A DNA stretch of 61,497 bases, counting the filler. It is 3 parts of 3 records of this genome, joined end to end, with 100 filler letters (N's around TTAATTAATTAA, not from the genome) between each part and the next. Parts side by side here need not be neighbours in the genome. Positions count along the whole stretch, not along the records: positions 1 to 29,856 come from SRR22947725_392; positions 29,957 to 54,208 come from SRR22947725_395; 1 more part is not named here. The stretch is one strand, 5' to 3'. Each line of letters starts with the position of its first letter. Position 1 is the first letter of the stretch. The notes under the pieces were generated by a model. It saw nothing but the letters and a program-made list of their open reading frames with translations. It made no database searches and was not told the DNA's origin. Position numbers and translations under genes: made by a program. Of this stretch, positions 29,606 to 41,766 are shown in pieces.

Positions 29606-29856
29606 TGGCACAGGTAACACTTGAAAAAGTATCAAAATTTTATGGCAATGTTGAAGCTGTTAAGAAAATTAATTTAGACATCAAGGATAAGGAATTTTTA
29701 GTCTTAGTAGGCCCTTCAGGTTGTGGAAAATCCTCTACTCTGCGAATGATTGCAGGTTTAGAAGAAATTGATGAAGGAAAAATTAATATTGGTAAAAAAA
29801 CAGTTAATGAACTTGAGCCAAGAGAAAGAAATGTATCAATGGTTTTTCAAAACTAT
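29605..29856 (+). CDS. MalK/UgpC-like ABC ATPase, N-terminal part truncated by the contig end
   Basis: ATG at 29605 overlapping [18 protein letters not shown] and MVFQNY motifs. Confidence 0.9.
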
Positions 29857-29956
29857 NNNNNNNNNNNNNNNNNNNNNNNNNNNNNNNNNNNNNNNNNNNN
29901 TTAATTAATTAANNNNNNNNNNNNNNNNNNNNNNNNNNNNNNNNNNNNNNNNNNNN
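29857..29956. other. Artificial contig linker
   Basis: 44 N + TTAATTAATTAA (stops in all six frames) + 44 N. Confidence 0.97.
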
Positions 29957-30005
29957 GAAAATTGATCAAAAAAACATTAAAAATGGTTTTTTTTAAAAAA
30001 TTAAA

Positions 30006-30875
30006 TTAAGGCAATTTATGGCCTAAATAGGTTTCTAACATTCTAAACCAATCTATTTCGCTTAAATCAATACTTAAAGAATTTTTTGCAGCATTAATTC
30101 TTTCAGTTTTTACGGTTCCAATTACAGGATGAATTTTTGATGGATGTTTTAATATCCATGACAATAATAATTGATCTTTTGAAGCATTGTATTTTTTCAT
30201 AAGCTCTTCTAATAAAAAATGAATTTTTTTATTATTTTCATCCTTATCCTTAAATATCGTCCCTAAAGGGCTCCAGCTCATAGGAATTATATCATTAACA
30301 AACATATAGTCTAATGATGAATCAAACAAAGGTTTATTATGGGATAAAGAAAACTCTATCTGATTAGCACTAACCTTAGATTTAGTAGAAATTAAATCAG
30401 TTTGAATATCCGTAAAATTTGAAACTCCAAATGAATTTATTTTTCCTTGAGACAATAAAGTTTCAATAGCTTTAGAAATTTCGTCAGGGTGCATTAGAGG
30501 ACTAGGCCTATGTAACAAAAATATATCTAAATAATCTGCATTTAAATCTTTGATTGATTTTTCGGCACTAAATATTATATAATCCGAGTCATACTGATAG
30601 TGTTTGACTTTATTTAATCGAGTTTCTCCGACATATTGAATACCACATTTTGAAATTAACTGAACTTCTTCTCGTTTAATACTCGAATTTTTAAAAGCTT
30701 TACCAAACTCCATTTCAGTTGTATAATCTCCATATATATCGGCATGATCAAACGAAGTAATCCCTTTTTCTAAATTAAAATGAATTAATCTTTCCATTTC
30801 ATTTTGAGAAAGCGAACTTCCCCATTTGCCCCAGTTCATACAACCTTGTATAATTCTTGAAAAATTAGATTTCAT
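30006..30875 (-). CDS. Aldo/keto reductase (YdhF-like)
   Basis: FDHADIYG, SKCGI, LLHRP and GVSNF motifs. Confidence 0.9.
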   Translation of the reverse strand: MKSNFSRIIQGCMNWGKWGSSLSQNEMERLIHFNLEKGITSFDHADIYGDYTTEMEFGKAFKNSSIKREEVQLISKCGIQYVGETRLNKVKHYQYDSDYIIFSAEKSIKDLNADYLDIFLLHRPSPLMHPDEISKAIETLLSQGKINSFGVSNFTDIQTDLISTKSKVSANQIEFSLSHNKPLFDSSLDYMFVNDIIPMSWSPLGTIFKDKDENNKKIHFLLEELMKKYNASKDQLLLSWILKHPSKIHPVIGTVKTERINAAKNSLSIDLSEIDWFRMLETYLGHKLP

Positions 30876-30915
30876 TTGAAATTATTTTTTATTAAAATAC
30901 TAATTAAAACTGACT

Positions 30916-30923
30916 TACATTTG
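30916..30923 (+). promoter_or_regulatory. Bacteroidetes housekeeping -7 promoter box (TAnnTTTG)
   Basis: TACATTTG 16 nt upstream of the MATE start. Confidence 0.55.
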
Positions 30924-30939
30924 TGAAAATTTAAAAAAA

Positions 30940-32313
30940 TTGATTGCCAATTACACTAAAGAATTTCGCTATAATTTAAAATTATCATTTCCTGTAATGC
31001 TTGGAATGTTAGGGCATACATTTGTGGCGTTTGCCGATAATGTAATGGTTGGTCAACTAGGTACAGCAGAACTGGCTGCAGTTTCTTTGGGTAATAGTTT
31101 TGTGTTTATAGCAATGTCTTTAGGAATTGGATTTTCAACTGCTATTACTCCGCTTGTTGCTGAAGCTGATGCATCCAATAACATTTCAGAAGGCAAGAAT
31201 GCATTCAAACACGGTTTACTTCTTTGTACTATTTTAAGCGTTTTACTTTTTTTAATTATTATATTACTTAAACCTGTAATGTATTATATGGATCAACCCA
31301 AAGAGGTTGTAGAATTGGCTATTCCTTATTTAAACTTTGTTTCTCTTTCACTAATTCCTCTGATAGTATTTCAGGCATTAAAACAATTTTCTGACGGACT
31401 TTCTAATACCAAATACCCAATGTATGCCACAATATTGGCTAACGTAATAAACATAACATTAAATTACTTTCTAATATTTGGAACATTTGGTTTTCCTAAG
31501 TTAGGAATAACTGGAGCGGCTATAGGAACTCTTATATCAAGAATTATTATGGTTTATTTTTTATGGATGATTTTCAAGCACAAAGAAAAATTTAAACCTT
31601 ATATAACTGGATTTAATTTTAGAAAAGTTGAAAAAAAAATCACTAATAAACTATTTAATTTAGGATTTCCATCTGCTCTTCAAATGTTTTTTGAAGTTGG
31701 GATTTTTACTGCTGCTATTTGGTTAAGTGGAGTTTTAGGAAAAAATCCACAAGCAGCAAATCAAATAGCCCTAAACTTATCGAGTATGACTTTTATGATA
31801 GGAATAGGTCTTTCGGTTGCCGCTATGGTAAGAGTTGGTAATCAAAAAGGATTAAATGATTTTGTTTCGCTTAGAAGAATTGCGTTTTCTATTTTCTTTT
31901 TAACTTTTTTAATTGAAATTATTTTTGCATCATTTTTCTTGGTGTTCAGAGACTGGCTTCCAACATTATACTTAGATCAAAACACCCTTGTAAATATAAA
32001 TGACAATAAAGAAGTTATTATTATTGCTTCCAAATTATTATTAGTAGCTGCATTTTTTCAAATTTTTGATGGACTACAAGTAGCCATTTTAGGAGCGCTG
32101 AGAGGACTACAAGATGTTAAAATTCCTGCTTTTATTACTTTTGTATCTTATTGGATTATCGGTTTTCCAGTTTCTTACTTTCTGGGGTTACATACATCAC
32201 TTGAAAGTATAGGAATATGGATCGGACTTTTCACGGGTCTATTTGCAGCCTCAATTTTACTTTATTTAAGATTTAATTATTTAACAAAAAAATTAATTAG
32301 TAGCAAACCCTAA
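30940..32313 (+). CDS. MATE efflux transporter (NorM-like)
   Basis: DNVMVGQLG..ELAA, RVGNQKG and FQIFDGLQ..GALRG motifs; about 12 TM; TTG start. Confidence 0.9.
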   Translation: MIANYTKEFRYNLKLSFPVMLGMLGHTFVAFADNVMVGQLGTAELAAVSLGNSFVFIAMSLGIGFSTAITPLVAEADASNNISEGKNAFKHGLLLCTILSVLLFLIIILLKPVMYYMDQPKEVVELAIPYLNFVSLSLIPLIVFQALKQFSDGLSNTKYPMYATILANVINITLNYFLIFGTFGFPKLGITGAAIGTLISRIIMVYFLWMIFKHKEKFKPYITGFNFRKVEKKITNKLFNLGFPSALQMFFEVGIFTAAIWLSGVLGKNPQAANQIALNLSSMTFMIGIGLSVAAMVRVGNQKGLNDFVSLRRIAFSIFFLTFLIEIIFASFFLVFRDWLPTLYLDQNTLVNINDNKEVIIIASKLLLVAAFFQIFDGLQVAILGALRGLQDVKIPAFITFVSYWIIGFPVSYFLGLHTSLESIGIWIGLFTGLFAASILLYLRFNYLTKKLISSKP

Positions 32314-32678
32314 ATCCAAACATCGTTCTTAGCTGTTAAATTATTTGAATCTTCTTCGCCTGTATTAACAACCCCTTTTGGTTCAATTAACATAATTTGA
32401 GATTCTTCTTTGGACTTAGGTTTATGTTCAACTCCAGCAGGGACTACAAACATTTCTCCTTCTTTAATTTTAACAAACCCGTCTCTAAATTCGATCTCAA
32501 TTTCCCCTTTAATAACTATAAAAGTCTCGTCAGTTTCTTTATGACTATGCCAAATGAATTCACCTTCAATTTTTGCGATTTTAAATTGATAATCGTTCAT
32601 TTCAGCTATGACTTTTGGCTGCCATTGTTCACTAAATAATTTATACTTATTACTAATTTCTATCGAGTTGTAATCCAT
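32310..32678 (-). CDS. Cupin domain protein
   Basis: FIWHSH..TDE.F and VVPAGVEHKP motifs; real start ATG 32678. Confidence 0.85.
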   Translation of the reverse strand: MDYNSIEISNKYKLFSEQWQPKVIAEMNDYQFKIAKIEGEFIWHSHKETDETFIVIKGEIEIEFRDGFVKIKEGEMFVVPAGVEHKPKSKEESQIMLIEPKGVVNTGEEDSNNLTAKNDVWI

Positions 32679-32760
32679 AATCAATCTTTTTAAATAGTAT
32701 TTTTTTTTAAAGTTATAATTAAAATAAAAAACATTTTTTAAATTTGAAAAAAATATAAAA

Positions 32761-33519
32761 ATGAGAACACGCTCAATGCTTAGATCTGGAAATCCATCTT
32801 TAAATTCAAAAGTTTTTGAAAACCTGGAAAGACCAAAAAATGGGCCTCTAATTCGTGATGATGTGATGACCATTCAAGGAACTGTAGACAAAACAGGTAT
32901 TTCACTAGCGCTTCTAATATTTGCCGGTTACTTTGCATACGTTCCTAATGGATTAATGTTCATGATAATTGGAGGGTTAGGAGGGTTCATTGTCGCGATA
33001 ATAACAGTTTTCAAAAAAACTTGGGCGCCTATCACTGTTCCTTTATATGCAATGCTTGAAGGGCTTTTGTTAGGATCTATTTCTTATATGTATGGTCAGA
33101 TGTTTGAAGGTATTGTTCTAAATGCTGTAATCTTAACAGTTTCTATTTTAATCTCACTCCTATTTGTTTATAAATCAGGGCTTATTAAAGTGACTGAAAA
33201 CTTCAAACTTGGAGTTGCTGCTGCTACAGGTGGTATAGCGTTAGTTTATTTGTTTAGCATTATTGGAGGGTTTTTTGGGCTTAACTTTTCATTTCTAGAT
33301 TCAACTAATGGTTCTTTAATGAGTATAGGAATAAGTTTATTTATAGTAATAATCGCATCTTTAAATCTTGTAATGGATTTTGATTTCATTGAGGAAGGCG
33401 CAGAAAGAGGGGCTCCAAAATATATGGAATGGTATGGTGCATTTGGCCTTTTAGTTACGCTTGTTTGGCTTTACCTTGAGATCCTAAGACTACTTGCTAA
33501 ATTAAATTCAAGAAAATAA
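32761..33519 (+). CDS. Bax inhibitor-1/YccA family membrane protein
   Basis: LVMDFDFIE.G...GAPKYMEWYGAFGLLVTLVWLYLEILR. Confidence 0.88.
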   Translation: MRTRSMLRSGNPSLNSKVFENLERPKNGPLIRDDVMTIQGTVDKTGISLALLIFAGYFAYVPNGLMFMIIGGLGGFIVAIITVFKKTWAPITVPLYAMLEGLLLGSISYMYGQMFEGIVLNAVILTVSILISLLFVYKSGLIKVTENFKLGVAAATGGIALVYLFSIIGGFFGLNFSFLDSTNGSLMSIGISLFIVIIASLNLVMDFDFIEEGAERGAPKYMEWYGAFGLLVTLVWLYLEILRLLAKLNSRK

Positions 33520-33523
33520 TATA

Positions 33524-35713
<2,190 letters not shown>

Positions 35714-35780
35714 TTATAATGATAAAAATAAAATAGACGAATATAAAAACCTAATAATAAAAGTTAATTTTTTTTAAAAT

Positions 35781-36878
35781 ATGGAATTAAATTATTCGAA
35801 AATCATTGATAAAATTGAATCAATAGACCCTGTTAAATATTCACAAAATCGAAATTTTGTTGATGGTTCAGTAACTAAATTATCACCTTACATTTCAAGA
35901 GGAATGATTTCAACTAAATATGTATTTGAAAAAATTCTTGAAAAAGAAATTCCATTTTGGAAAATAGAAAAATTTATACAAGAATTATGTTGGAGAGATT
36001 ATTGGCAGCTAATTTGGAAACGTGAAGGAAGCCGAATTGATTCTGACTTAAAAACAACTCAAGTTGGAGTAACTAATCATTCAATTTCAAAGTCAATTGT
36101 TGATGCTAATTGCGGTATTGAGGCTATTGATGACAGTATAAATAAACTTTATAGAACTGGCTATATGCACAATCATAACCGAATGTATTTGGCCTCAATA
36201 GCTTGTAATGTTGCAAAAAGTCATTGGCTAAATCCCGCGAAATGGATGTACTTTAATTTGTTTGATGGGGATTGGGGAAGTAATGCTCTTAGCTGGCAGT
36301 GGGTTTGCGGAAGTAACAGTAATAAAAAATACTATGCTAATCAGGAAAATATTAACAAATATTGCTACACTGTTCAAAGAAACACATTTCTTGATACAGA
36401 TTATTCTAAGTTTGAATCACTACCAATTCCAGAGAATCTAAAAGAAACTGAAAATTTAAAACTATCAACCAAATTACCCGAAAATAAAATTTTAAAAATC
36501 GATAAAAACAATCCTACTCTAATTTATAATTACTACAATTTAGATCCTAAATGGAGACAAGAAAAAAACTATAACAGAGTTTTTCTTTTAGAACCTAAGA
36601 CCTTTGAAAAGTACCCTGTTTCTTCAAAATGTATAGACTTTGCAATTGAATTGTCCAAAAACATAAAAGGCATTCAAATATATGTTGGCTCATTTTTTGA
36701 TTTAGTTAAACAATATGATATCAAAAATACTTTCTATAAAGAACACCCCTTAAATAATTATCAAGGAATTGAAGATTCTAGAGACTGGATATTTGAAAGT
36801 CATGAAAATATAAAATCTTTTTTCAGTTATTGGAAAAAGTGTAAAAAAGAATTAAAAATTAAAAACATAATAAAATGA
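35781..36878 (+). CDS. Photolyase-like protein with the FAD-binding domain at the N-terminus (NewPHL-type inverted topology)
   Basis: LSPYI.RG near residue 34, FIQELCWRDYW, GYMHNHNRM..AS and DGDWGSN..SWQW; short alpha/beta-like C-terminal region. Confidence 0.75.
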   Translation: MELNYSKIIDKIESIDPVKYSQNRNFVDGSVTKLSPYISRGMISTKYVFEKILEKEIPFWKIEKFIQELCWRDYWQLIWKREGSRIDSDLKTTQVGVTNHSISKSIVDANCGIEAIDDSINKLYRTGYMHNHNRMYLASIACNVAKSHWLNPAKWMYFNLFDGDWGSNALSWQWVCGSNSNKKYYANQENINKYCYTVQRNTFLDTDYSKFESLPIPENLKETENLKLSTKLPENKILKIDKNNPTLIYNYYNLDPKWRQEKNYNRVFLLEPKTFEKYPVSSKCIDFAIELSKNIKGIQIYVGSFFDLVKQYDIKNTFYKEHPLNNYQGIEDSRDWIFESHENIKSFFSYWKKCKKELKIKNIIK

Positions 36879-37213
36879 AAAAATTAACTCTATTACTGTC
36901 ATTAATTATTGTCTCGTGTAGCTCATCTGATGAAGAATTTGAAGTTGCTGAAAGTACCCAGTTTAAATATATTAACTATATGACTTTAACAAACGAAAAT
37001 ACTGGTGGTGGATCCCAAAAAGCATATTTAAGCTCTGGAGTTACTGAGGAACAAGCTTTGTTTTGTTATTGTAATGAATTATGTTCTCGCGAAATAATTT
37101 CTGTTTATGAGATACAACGTAACGAAGGAACAAATGAAATTAGATATAAAATAAATCCATCAGACGATTACAAAACGATATCCTACAAAGATTGGTGTAC
37201 TAAGTACAATTAA
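36875..37213 (+). CDS. Hypothetical lipoprotein
   Basis: Lipobox IIVS-C followed by an acidic stretch (SDEE). Confidence 0.6.
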   Translation: MKKLTLLLSLIIVSCSSSDEEFEVAESTQFKYINYMTLTNENTGGGSQKAYLSSGVTEEQALFCYCNELCSREIISVYEIQRNEGTNEIRYKINPSDDYKTISYKDWCTKYN

Positions 37214-37230
37214 TTGTATCTTGAACTTCA

Positions 37231-37743
37231 ATGTCAAGACCAAAACAAGAGGAATATACTTCGTTTTTTAATAATTATATAAATCTAACAACAGGAAATA
37301 ATTACAATGAATTAATAAAAAATCATGATGAAATTATTTGCGATTTTTGGACTAAAATTCCCTTTGAAAAATGGATGTATTCTTATGCAGATCACAAGTG
37401 GTCAATCAAGCAATTATTTCAACATGTTATTGATACAGAAAGAATTTTAGCTTTTAGAGCGTTATCAATCGCTAGAAAAGAACCTCATCCTTTGATGAGC
37501 TTTAATGAAAATGAATATGCCAAAAATGGAGATGCCAAAAACAGAGATCCTTTATCAATGATTAATGAATTTCGTTTTCTAAGAAAGTCCACAAACCATC
37601 TTTATGATTCATTTAACAATAAAGAAAAAATATTAACAGGCAAGGTTGTTGACAAAATAATTTCAGTTAATGCTTTAGGATTTATTATAATTGGCCACTC
37701 TCTTCACCACATAAATGTTTGTAAAAAGCATTACGGCGTTTGA
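37231..37743 (+). CDS. DinB family protein
   Basis: YA..KWSIKQ..HVIDTERI.FRAL and GH..HH motifs. Confidence 0.85.
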   Translation: MSRPKQEEYTSFFNNYINLTTGNNYNELIKNHDEIICDFWTKIPFEKWMYSYADHKWSIKQLFQHVIDTERILAFRALSIARKEPHPLMSFNENEYAKNGDAKNRDPLSMINEFRFLRKSTNHLYDSFNNKEKILTGKVVDKIISVNALGFIIIGHSLHHINVCKKHYGV

Positions 37744-37749
37744 TTATTC

Positions 37750-38010
37750 TCAATTAAAAAAAGAAAGAACTAGTAATACTGAAAACGCCCAAATTAATAA
37801 TAACTGAAAACTAATTTTAATTTGTCTTTTTAAAACTTTGACCAAAAAATAAATTGAAATCCCTAATTGACCTAAAATACTTGGTAATAATACAAGCTCC
37901 CCAATAACGCCAACCATAACATAATCTAGCTTTAAATAAAAAGAAAGGTAAAACAGAGATATGATTAAAATCAGAAAATAATTTATATTTTTTAGTCCTG
38001 TCCTACTCAT
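37750..38010 (-). CDS. Small hypothetical membrane protein
   Basis: Three hydrophobic segments; ATGA-coupled to the upstream gene. Confidence 0.55.
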   Translation of the reverse strand: MSRTGLKNINYFLILIISLFYLSFYLKLDYVMVGVIGELVLLPSILGQLGISIYFLVKVLKRQIKISFQLLLIWAFSVLLVLSFFN

Positions 38011-38264
38011 ATATTATAATAAATTAAAAATAAAATTAAATAGATTAATAAATAAATTCTATAATAATCTCTTGTCTTTATGTAATTAGAATTTTCAGGG
38101 AACATATTTGAGAAAAGTGCAATTATTTCTTTAACAAACAATGGTTTAATATTAATTTTCCAATCGTTAGTTTGATATACAATTTTTCTAAACTTACTTC
38201 TAATAAAAGAGCTTGGTATCCCCCAAATAAATAATACTATCAATAAAACTGTTTTTAAGCTCAT
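38007..38264 (-). CDS. Small hypothetical membrane protein
   Basis: Two TM segments; ATGA-coupled. Confidence 0.6.
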   Translation of the reverse strand: MSLKTVLLIVLFIWGIPSSFIRSKFRKIVYQTNDWKINIKPLFVKEIIALFSNMFPENSNYIKTRDYYRIYLLIYLILFLIYYNI

Positions 38265-39187
38265 TTAAATAAATTAGGGAAAAACATATTTGTAGTCATT
38301 TGGTATTTTTTATAATCTGGCCTTTTAATTAAAGAATAATATTCTGAGGGTACAGCACCTGTTAAAAACACTAAAGTTTGATACATCAAGAAAGAAATAT
38401 AAATAAGAGAAATCAAAACTCCAATAAAAATATAGATTTCTTCACTGAATATAAGAGATGAAAAACTAGCCAGAATAAGGGCATTCCAAATCATCCACTC
38501 AGAAAAATAATTTGGGTGTCTTGTGTAATTCCATAAGCCCACATTACAAACTTTATTCTTTAAATTATTTTTTTTTGCATTAATCAAAAACGCTTGTTTT
38601 TGAATGTCTGCTATATGCTCCAATACAAAAAAAACTATCCATAAAACAAATCCAATAATTTCAAAAATTGAAAAATATTCATGACTATTATTAGAAATTA
38701 AAATTGCCGGGATAGCAAGAAAAGTTATGTTAGCAAAACATTGTAAAAGAATCTCAAATTGTATAGAAATTCTATTGTTTGTGAAACCTTTTTTTTTCCA
38801 TCTAATTCTTTGAAATTGATATCTAGGAAGTTCTTTGTCTAAATATCCTTTTTTTAATAAAACCAATGCTCCTAAACCCATTCTAAGTCCAGCTATTAAA
38901 TAAAGAGATGATATAATAATTTTTCTGGGCGTATAGCCTTCACCAAAAAATAATGCTATTATCCCAATTGATATTAATCCGAAAGGCCAAGCAATATCGA
39001 CATATGACATTCTTTTAGTTAGAAGAGCCGGAATACAAGCTGCAATTAAAAAAACAGAAAGTTGAGCTACGAAATTGACAATCAAGAAGTTTTGAAATTT
39101 TTCAATTTGAAAAAAAATAATAAATACAATTAAAAATAAAATACTAGGAATAAATCTAGATTTGAATTTGTTAAAATTTTTAGACAT
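38261..39187 (-). CDS. DUF1295 / steroid 5-alpha-reductase-like membrane protein
   Basis: VDIAW, E..AD.QK, GLW.YTRHPNYF.E and Y..YQ.TT..FFP motifs. Confidence 0.85.
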   Translation of the reverse strand: MSKNFNKFKSRFIPSILFLIVFIIFFQIEKFQNFLIVNFVAQLSVFLIAACIPALLTKRMSYVDIAWPFGLISIGIIALFFGEGYTPRKIIISSLYLIAGLRMGLGALVLLKKGYLDKELPRYQFQRIRWKKKGFTNNRISIQFEILLQCFANITFLAIPAILISNNSHEYFSIFEIIGFVLWIVFFVLEHIADIQKQAFLINAKKNNLKNKVCNVGLWNYTRHPNYFSEWMIWNALILASFSSLIFSEEIYIFIGVLISLIYISFLMYQTLVFLTGAVPSEYYSLIKRPDYKKYQMTTNMFFPNLFK

Positions 39188-39191
39188 AATG

Positions 39192-40061
39192 CTAATACTT
39201 TTTAAATTCGTGTTTTACCCAATCGACTTCCATAACCCATTCTCCTACCATTGGAGAATCAGTTATTTTAGCAAAATTTAAAATTGCAAACATAGCTTCT
39301 GGATATTCATCTCCTTGATCAATATTTCTATAAACTTCGTCTCCATTTAGCCTATAAACTAAGTCACTTTCTTCCCACTCTACTGAATAATCATTAAATT
39401 CATTTAAAGCTGTAGTCACTCCTGACCTTAAACTCCACCAATCCCCTTTGTCACAATCTCCTAGATTTTTAATTGCTCCTGTGGTGTAATGATCTTTTTC
39501 ATAATCACCGTGATGTTCAAAAATATCTATCTCACCTGAACCTGTCATAGGCCAACACACATTTTCATTTACTTCTTGAACAGGAGATTCGTTGTTCTGA
39601 GCTCCTAAAATCCACCATGCTGGAAACATACTAAGCTGGCTTTCACCCTGAATTCGAAGTCTAGCCGTCCATTTACCTTTCACAAATTCTTTTCTGTTTT
39701 TTGAAGCTAATCTACCGGCAACATACTGAGTATTTGGATGTTGTTTGCCAAACTTATCTAAATTATCACACTCCACTTTTTCTTCAAGATTAACTACTCT
39801 AATTTTTAGTGTACCTTCACTAACTTCTCTAGTATTGTAATCTCCGTTGGGAACGTAACACTGCTTTTCATTATTAACCCAAATCCTTTGATCTTGCCAA
39901 TTATTAGAATTAAAAGATTCAAAATTATCTATAAAATCCACTTCCCATAATTCATTAGTATTACTAATTTGATTAACTGAATTATTTGCAGTGTAAACTA
40001 TTAGTGCATATCCAGCAATACATATAATTAAAGTTAAAATCAATCCATTCTCCTTTTTCAT
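39192..40061 (-). CDS. Glycoside hydrolase family 16 (laminarinase-like)
   Basis: VNNEKQCY, PAWW and WP..GEIDIFE (ExDxxE catalytic motif); N-terminal anchor. Confidence 0.85.
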   Translation of the reverse strand: MKKENGLILTLIICIAGYALIVYTANNSVNQISNTNELWEVDFIDNFESFNSNNWQDQRIWVNNEKQCYVPNGDYNTREVSEGTLKIRVVNLEEKVECDNLDKFGKQHPNTQYVAGRLASKNRKEFVKGKWTARLRIQGESQLSMFPAWWILGAQNNESPVQEVNENVCWPMTGSGEIDIFEHHGDYEKDHYTTGAIKNLGDCDKGDWWSLRSGVTTALNEFNDYSVEWEESDLVYRLNGDEVYRNIDQGDEYPEAMFAILNFAKITDSPMVGEWVMEVDWVKHEFKKY

Positions 40062-40065
40062 ATTA

Positions 40066-41598
40066 TTATTTTACAAATTCCAGTTCAATTTCTTCTAATG
40101 ATTTACCTTTTGTTTCAGGAAGTATTTTCAAAAACAATAAAACTCCAGCTAACGCTATCAACCCATAAATTAAAAATGTTAGTGCACTACCTAAATTTGA
40201 CAATTCCCAAGGGAATATTTGTTGTATCGTCCAACTAGCAAAAGAATTTACAAAACCAATAACTCCTATAGCTAGTCCTCTAAACTTATTTGGAAATAAC
40301 TCTGAAAGCATTACCCACATAATTGGCCCAAGTGAGAATGCAAAGCACGCAATAAAACCAAGAATTCCAAGAAGTACTAAAGTTGAATTCATTTCTATAG
40401 CGGCCTCTAAAATTGAACCTTCATTTTTGGCATAAACTTGATTACCTATAGCAGATTTGATATCCTTTTTAAACTTTACATCACTATCGTATTCAATATC
40501 TTGAAATATTAAAAGTTTATCAGAATTAATTTCTGTTAATGACAAGATTCCCTCGTTTGAAAGTTTATATTTTGCTTGATTAAATCCATAAGCACATGTT
40601 AAAAGACTAATAGCAATTCCTGTCATTCCAATTAGTAATAATGGCCTTCTTCCCATTCTATCAACAAGATAAATAGCTATTAATGTAAATATAACGGTTG
40701 TAAAGCTTAGTAATACACCTGAAGAAAAGGCAGCATCAGTTCCAATTCCGGTTTGTTTAAAAATTGAAGTTGCATAAAAATATATTGCATTAATTCCAGT
40801 TACTTGTTGTAGTATACCAAGCAATAATCCTACTCCCATTATATAACGAAGTGCTGGACTAAATAAATCGCTAAAATTAGTTTTAACTTTTATATTATTT
40901 GATTCAATATTCTTTATAATTGACTTAGTTTCCGTTTCAGCTTTTTCTTCTCCGTGAATACTAATTAAAACTTCTTTTGCAAGATTTGGTTTATCATTAT
41001 TAAATAACCACCTTGGGCTTTTTGGAACAAAAAACATCAAAATAAAATATAAAATAGCTGGAATAAACTCTACTCCAAGCATCCAACGCCAAACATTTTC
41101 ATCACTTAAAAAAGCGCTAGATGAATTTATCTCATTGAAATAATAGTTACTCAAAAAAGCTGCAAAAAATCCTAGTACAATATTAAGTTGTTGAATAGAA
41201 ACTAGCTTTCCTCTGTTCTCAGAACTTGAAATTTCTGCAATATAAGTGGGAGCTAAAATTAGAGCAGCTCCAAACGCTAAACCGCCAATCATTCTAGCAA
41301 TGTACAGCGTTTCATAACTATAGGAATAGGCAGAAGCCAGTGCAGAAAAAGAGTATAGAAATGCTACAAATATTAATATTTTCTTTCTTCCAATTTGATC
41401 ACTTAATTTTCCTGAAATTAACATTGCAATCATAGCCGCAAACGATGGAGAGCTTACAACCCACCCAGTTTGAGTATCGTTTAAATTAAATTCTGGTCCC
41501 ACATACGACATTACTCCTGATATTATTCCAGCATCAAATCCAAATAAAAATCCTCCAAGAGAAACTACAAAAGCAATAAATATTGATTTTTTTGACAT
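40066..41598 (-). CDS. MFS sugar porter (XylE-like)
   Basis: GGFLFGFD.G, YIAEIS, RGKLVS, QQVTGINAI.YA and PETKG motifs; start ATG 41598. Confidence 0.92.
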   Translation of the reverse strand: MSKKSIFIAFVVSLGGFLFGFDAGIISGVMSYVGPEFNLNDTQTGWVVSSPSFAAMIAMLISGKLSDQIGRKKILIFVAFLYSFSALASAYSYSYETLYIARMIGGLAFGAALILAPTYIAEISSSENRGKLVSIQQLNIVLGFFAAFLSNYYFNEINSSSAFLSDENVWRWMLGVEFIPAILYFILMFFVPKSPRWLFNNDKPNLAKEVLISIHGEEKAETETKSIIKNIESNNIKVKTNFSDLFSPALRYIMGVGLLLGILQQVTGINAIYFYATSIFKQTGIGTDAAFSSGVLLSFTTVIFTLIAIYLVDRMGRRPLLLIGMTGIAISLLTCAYGFNQAKYKLSNEGILSLTEINSDKLLIFQDIEYDSDVKFKKDIKSAIGNQVYAKNEGSILEAAIEMNSTLVLLGILGFIACFAFSLGPIMWVMLSELFPNKFRGLAIGVIGFVNSFASWTIQQIFPWELSNLGSALTFLIYGLIALAGVLLFLKILPETKGKSLEEIELEFVK

Positions 41599-41766
41599 GA
41601 ACAATAGTTTATGATAATTGTCTAATTTAAGATAAAACAACAATTAAAAAAATAGCTTAAACTCTACAAAAACTTATTACAGTTGAAAATTATATCAATG
41701 AGTCAAAGCAAAATACTTAATTACAAATAAAAGAGTTATTTTTAATTAATTAACAATCATCAAGTT

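Noticed and set aside
29901-29912. TTAATTAATTAA palindrome within N runs (also 54253-54264)
   Set aside because: Synthetic six-frame-stop linker, not biological
32679-32873. N-terminal extension of the cupin ORF (similarly the long starts at 1957, 12992, 14636, 15768, 29491, 41643, 54127 and 58031)
   Set aside because: They overlap neighbouring genes or promoters; downstream ATGs match the domain starts
39192-41598. Functional link between GH16/MFS and the sugar island of contig A
   Set aside because: Different contigs and apparently different phyla
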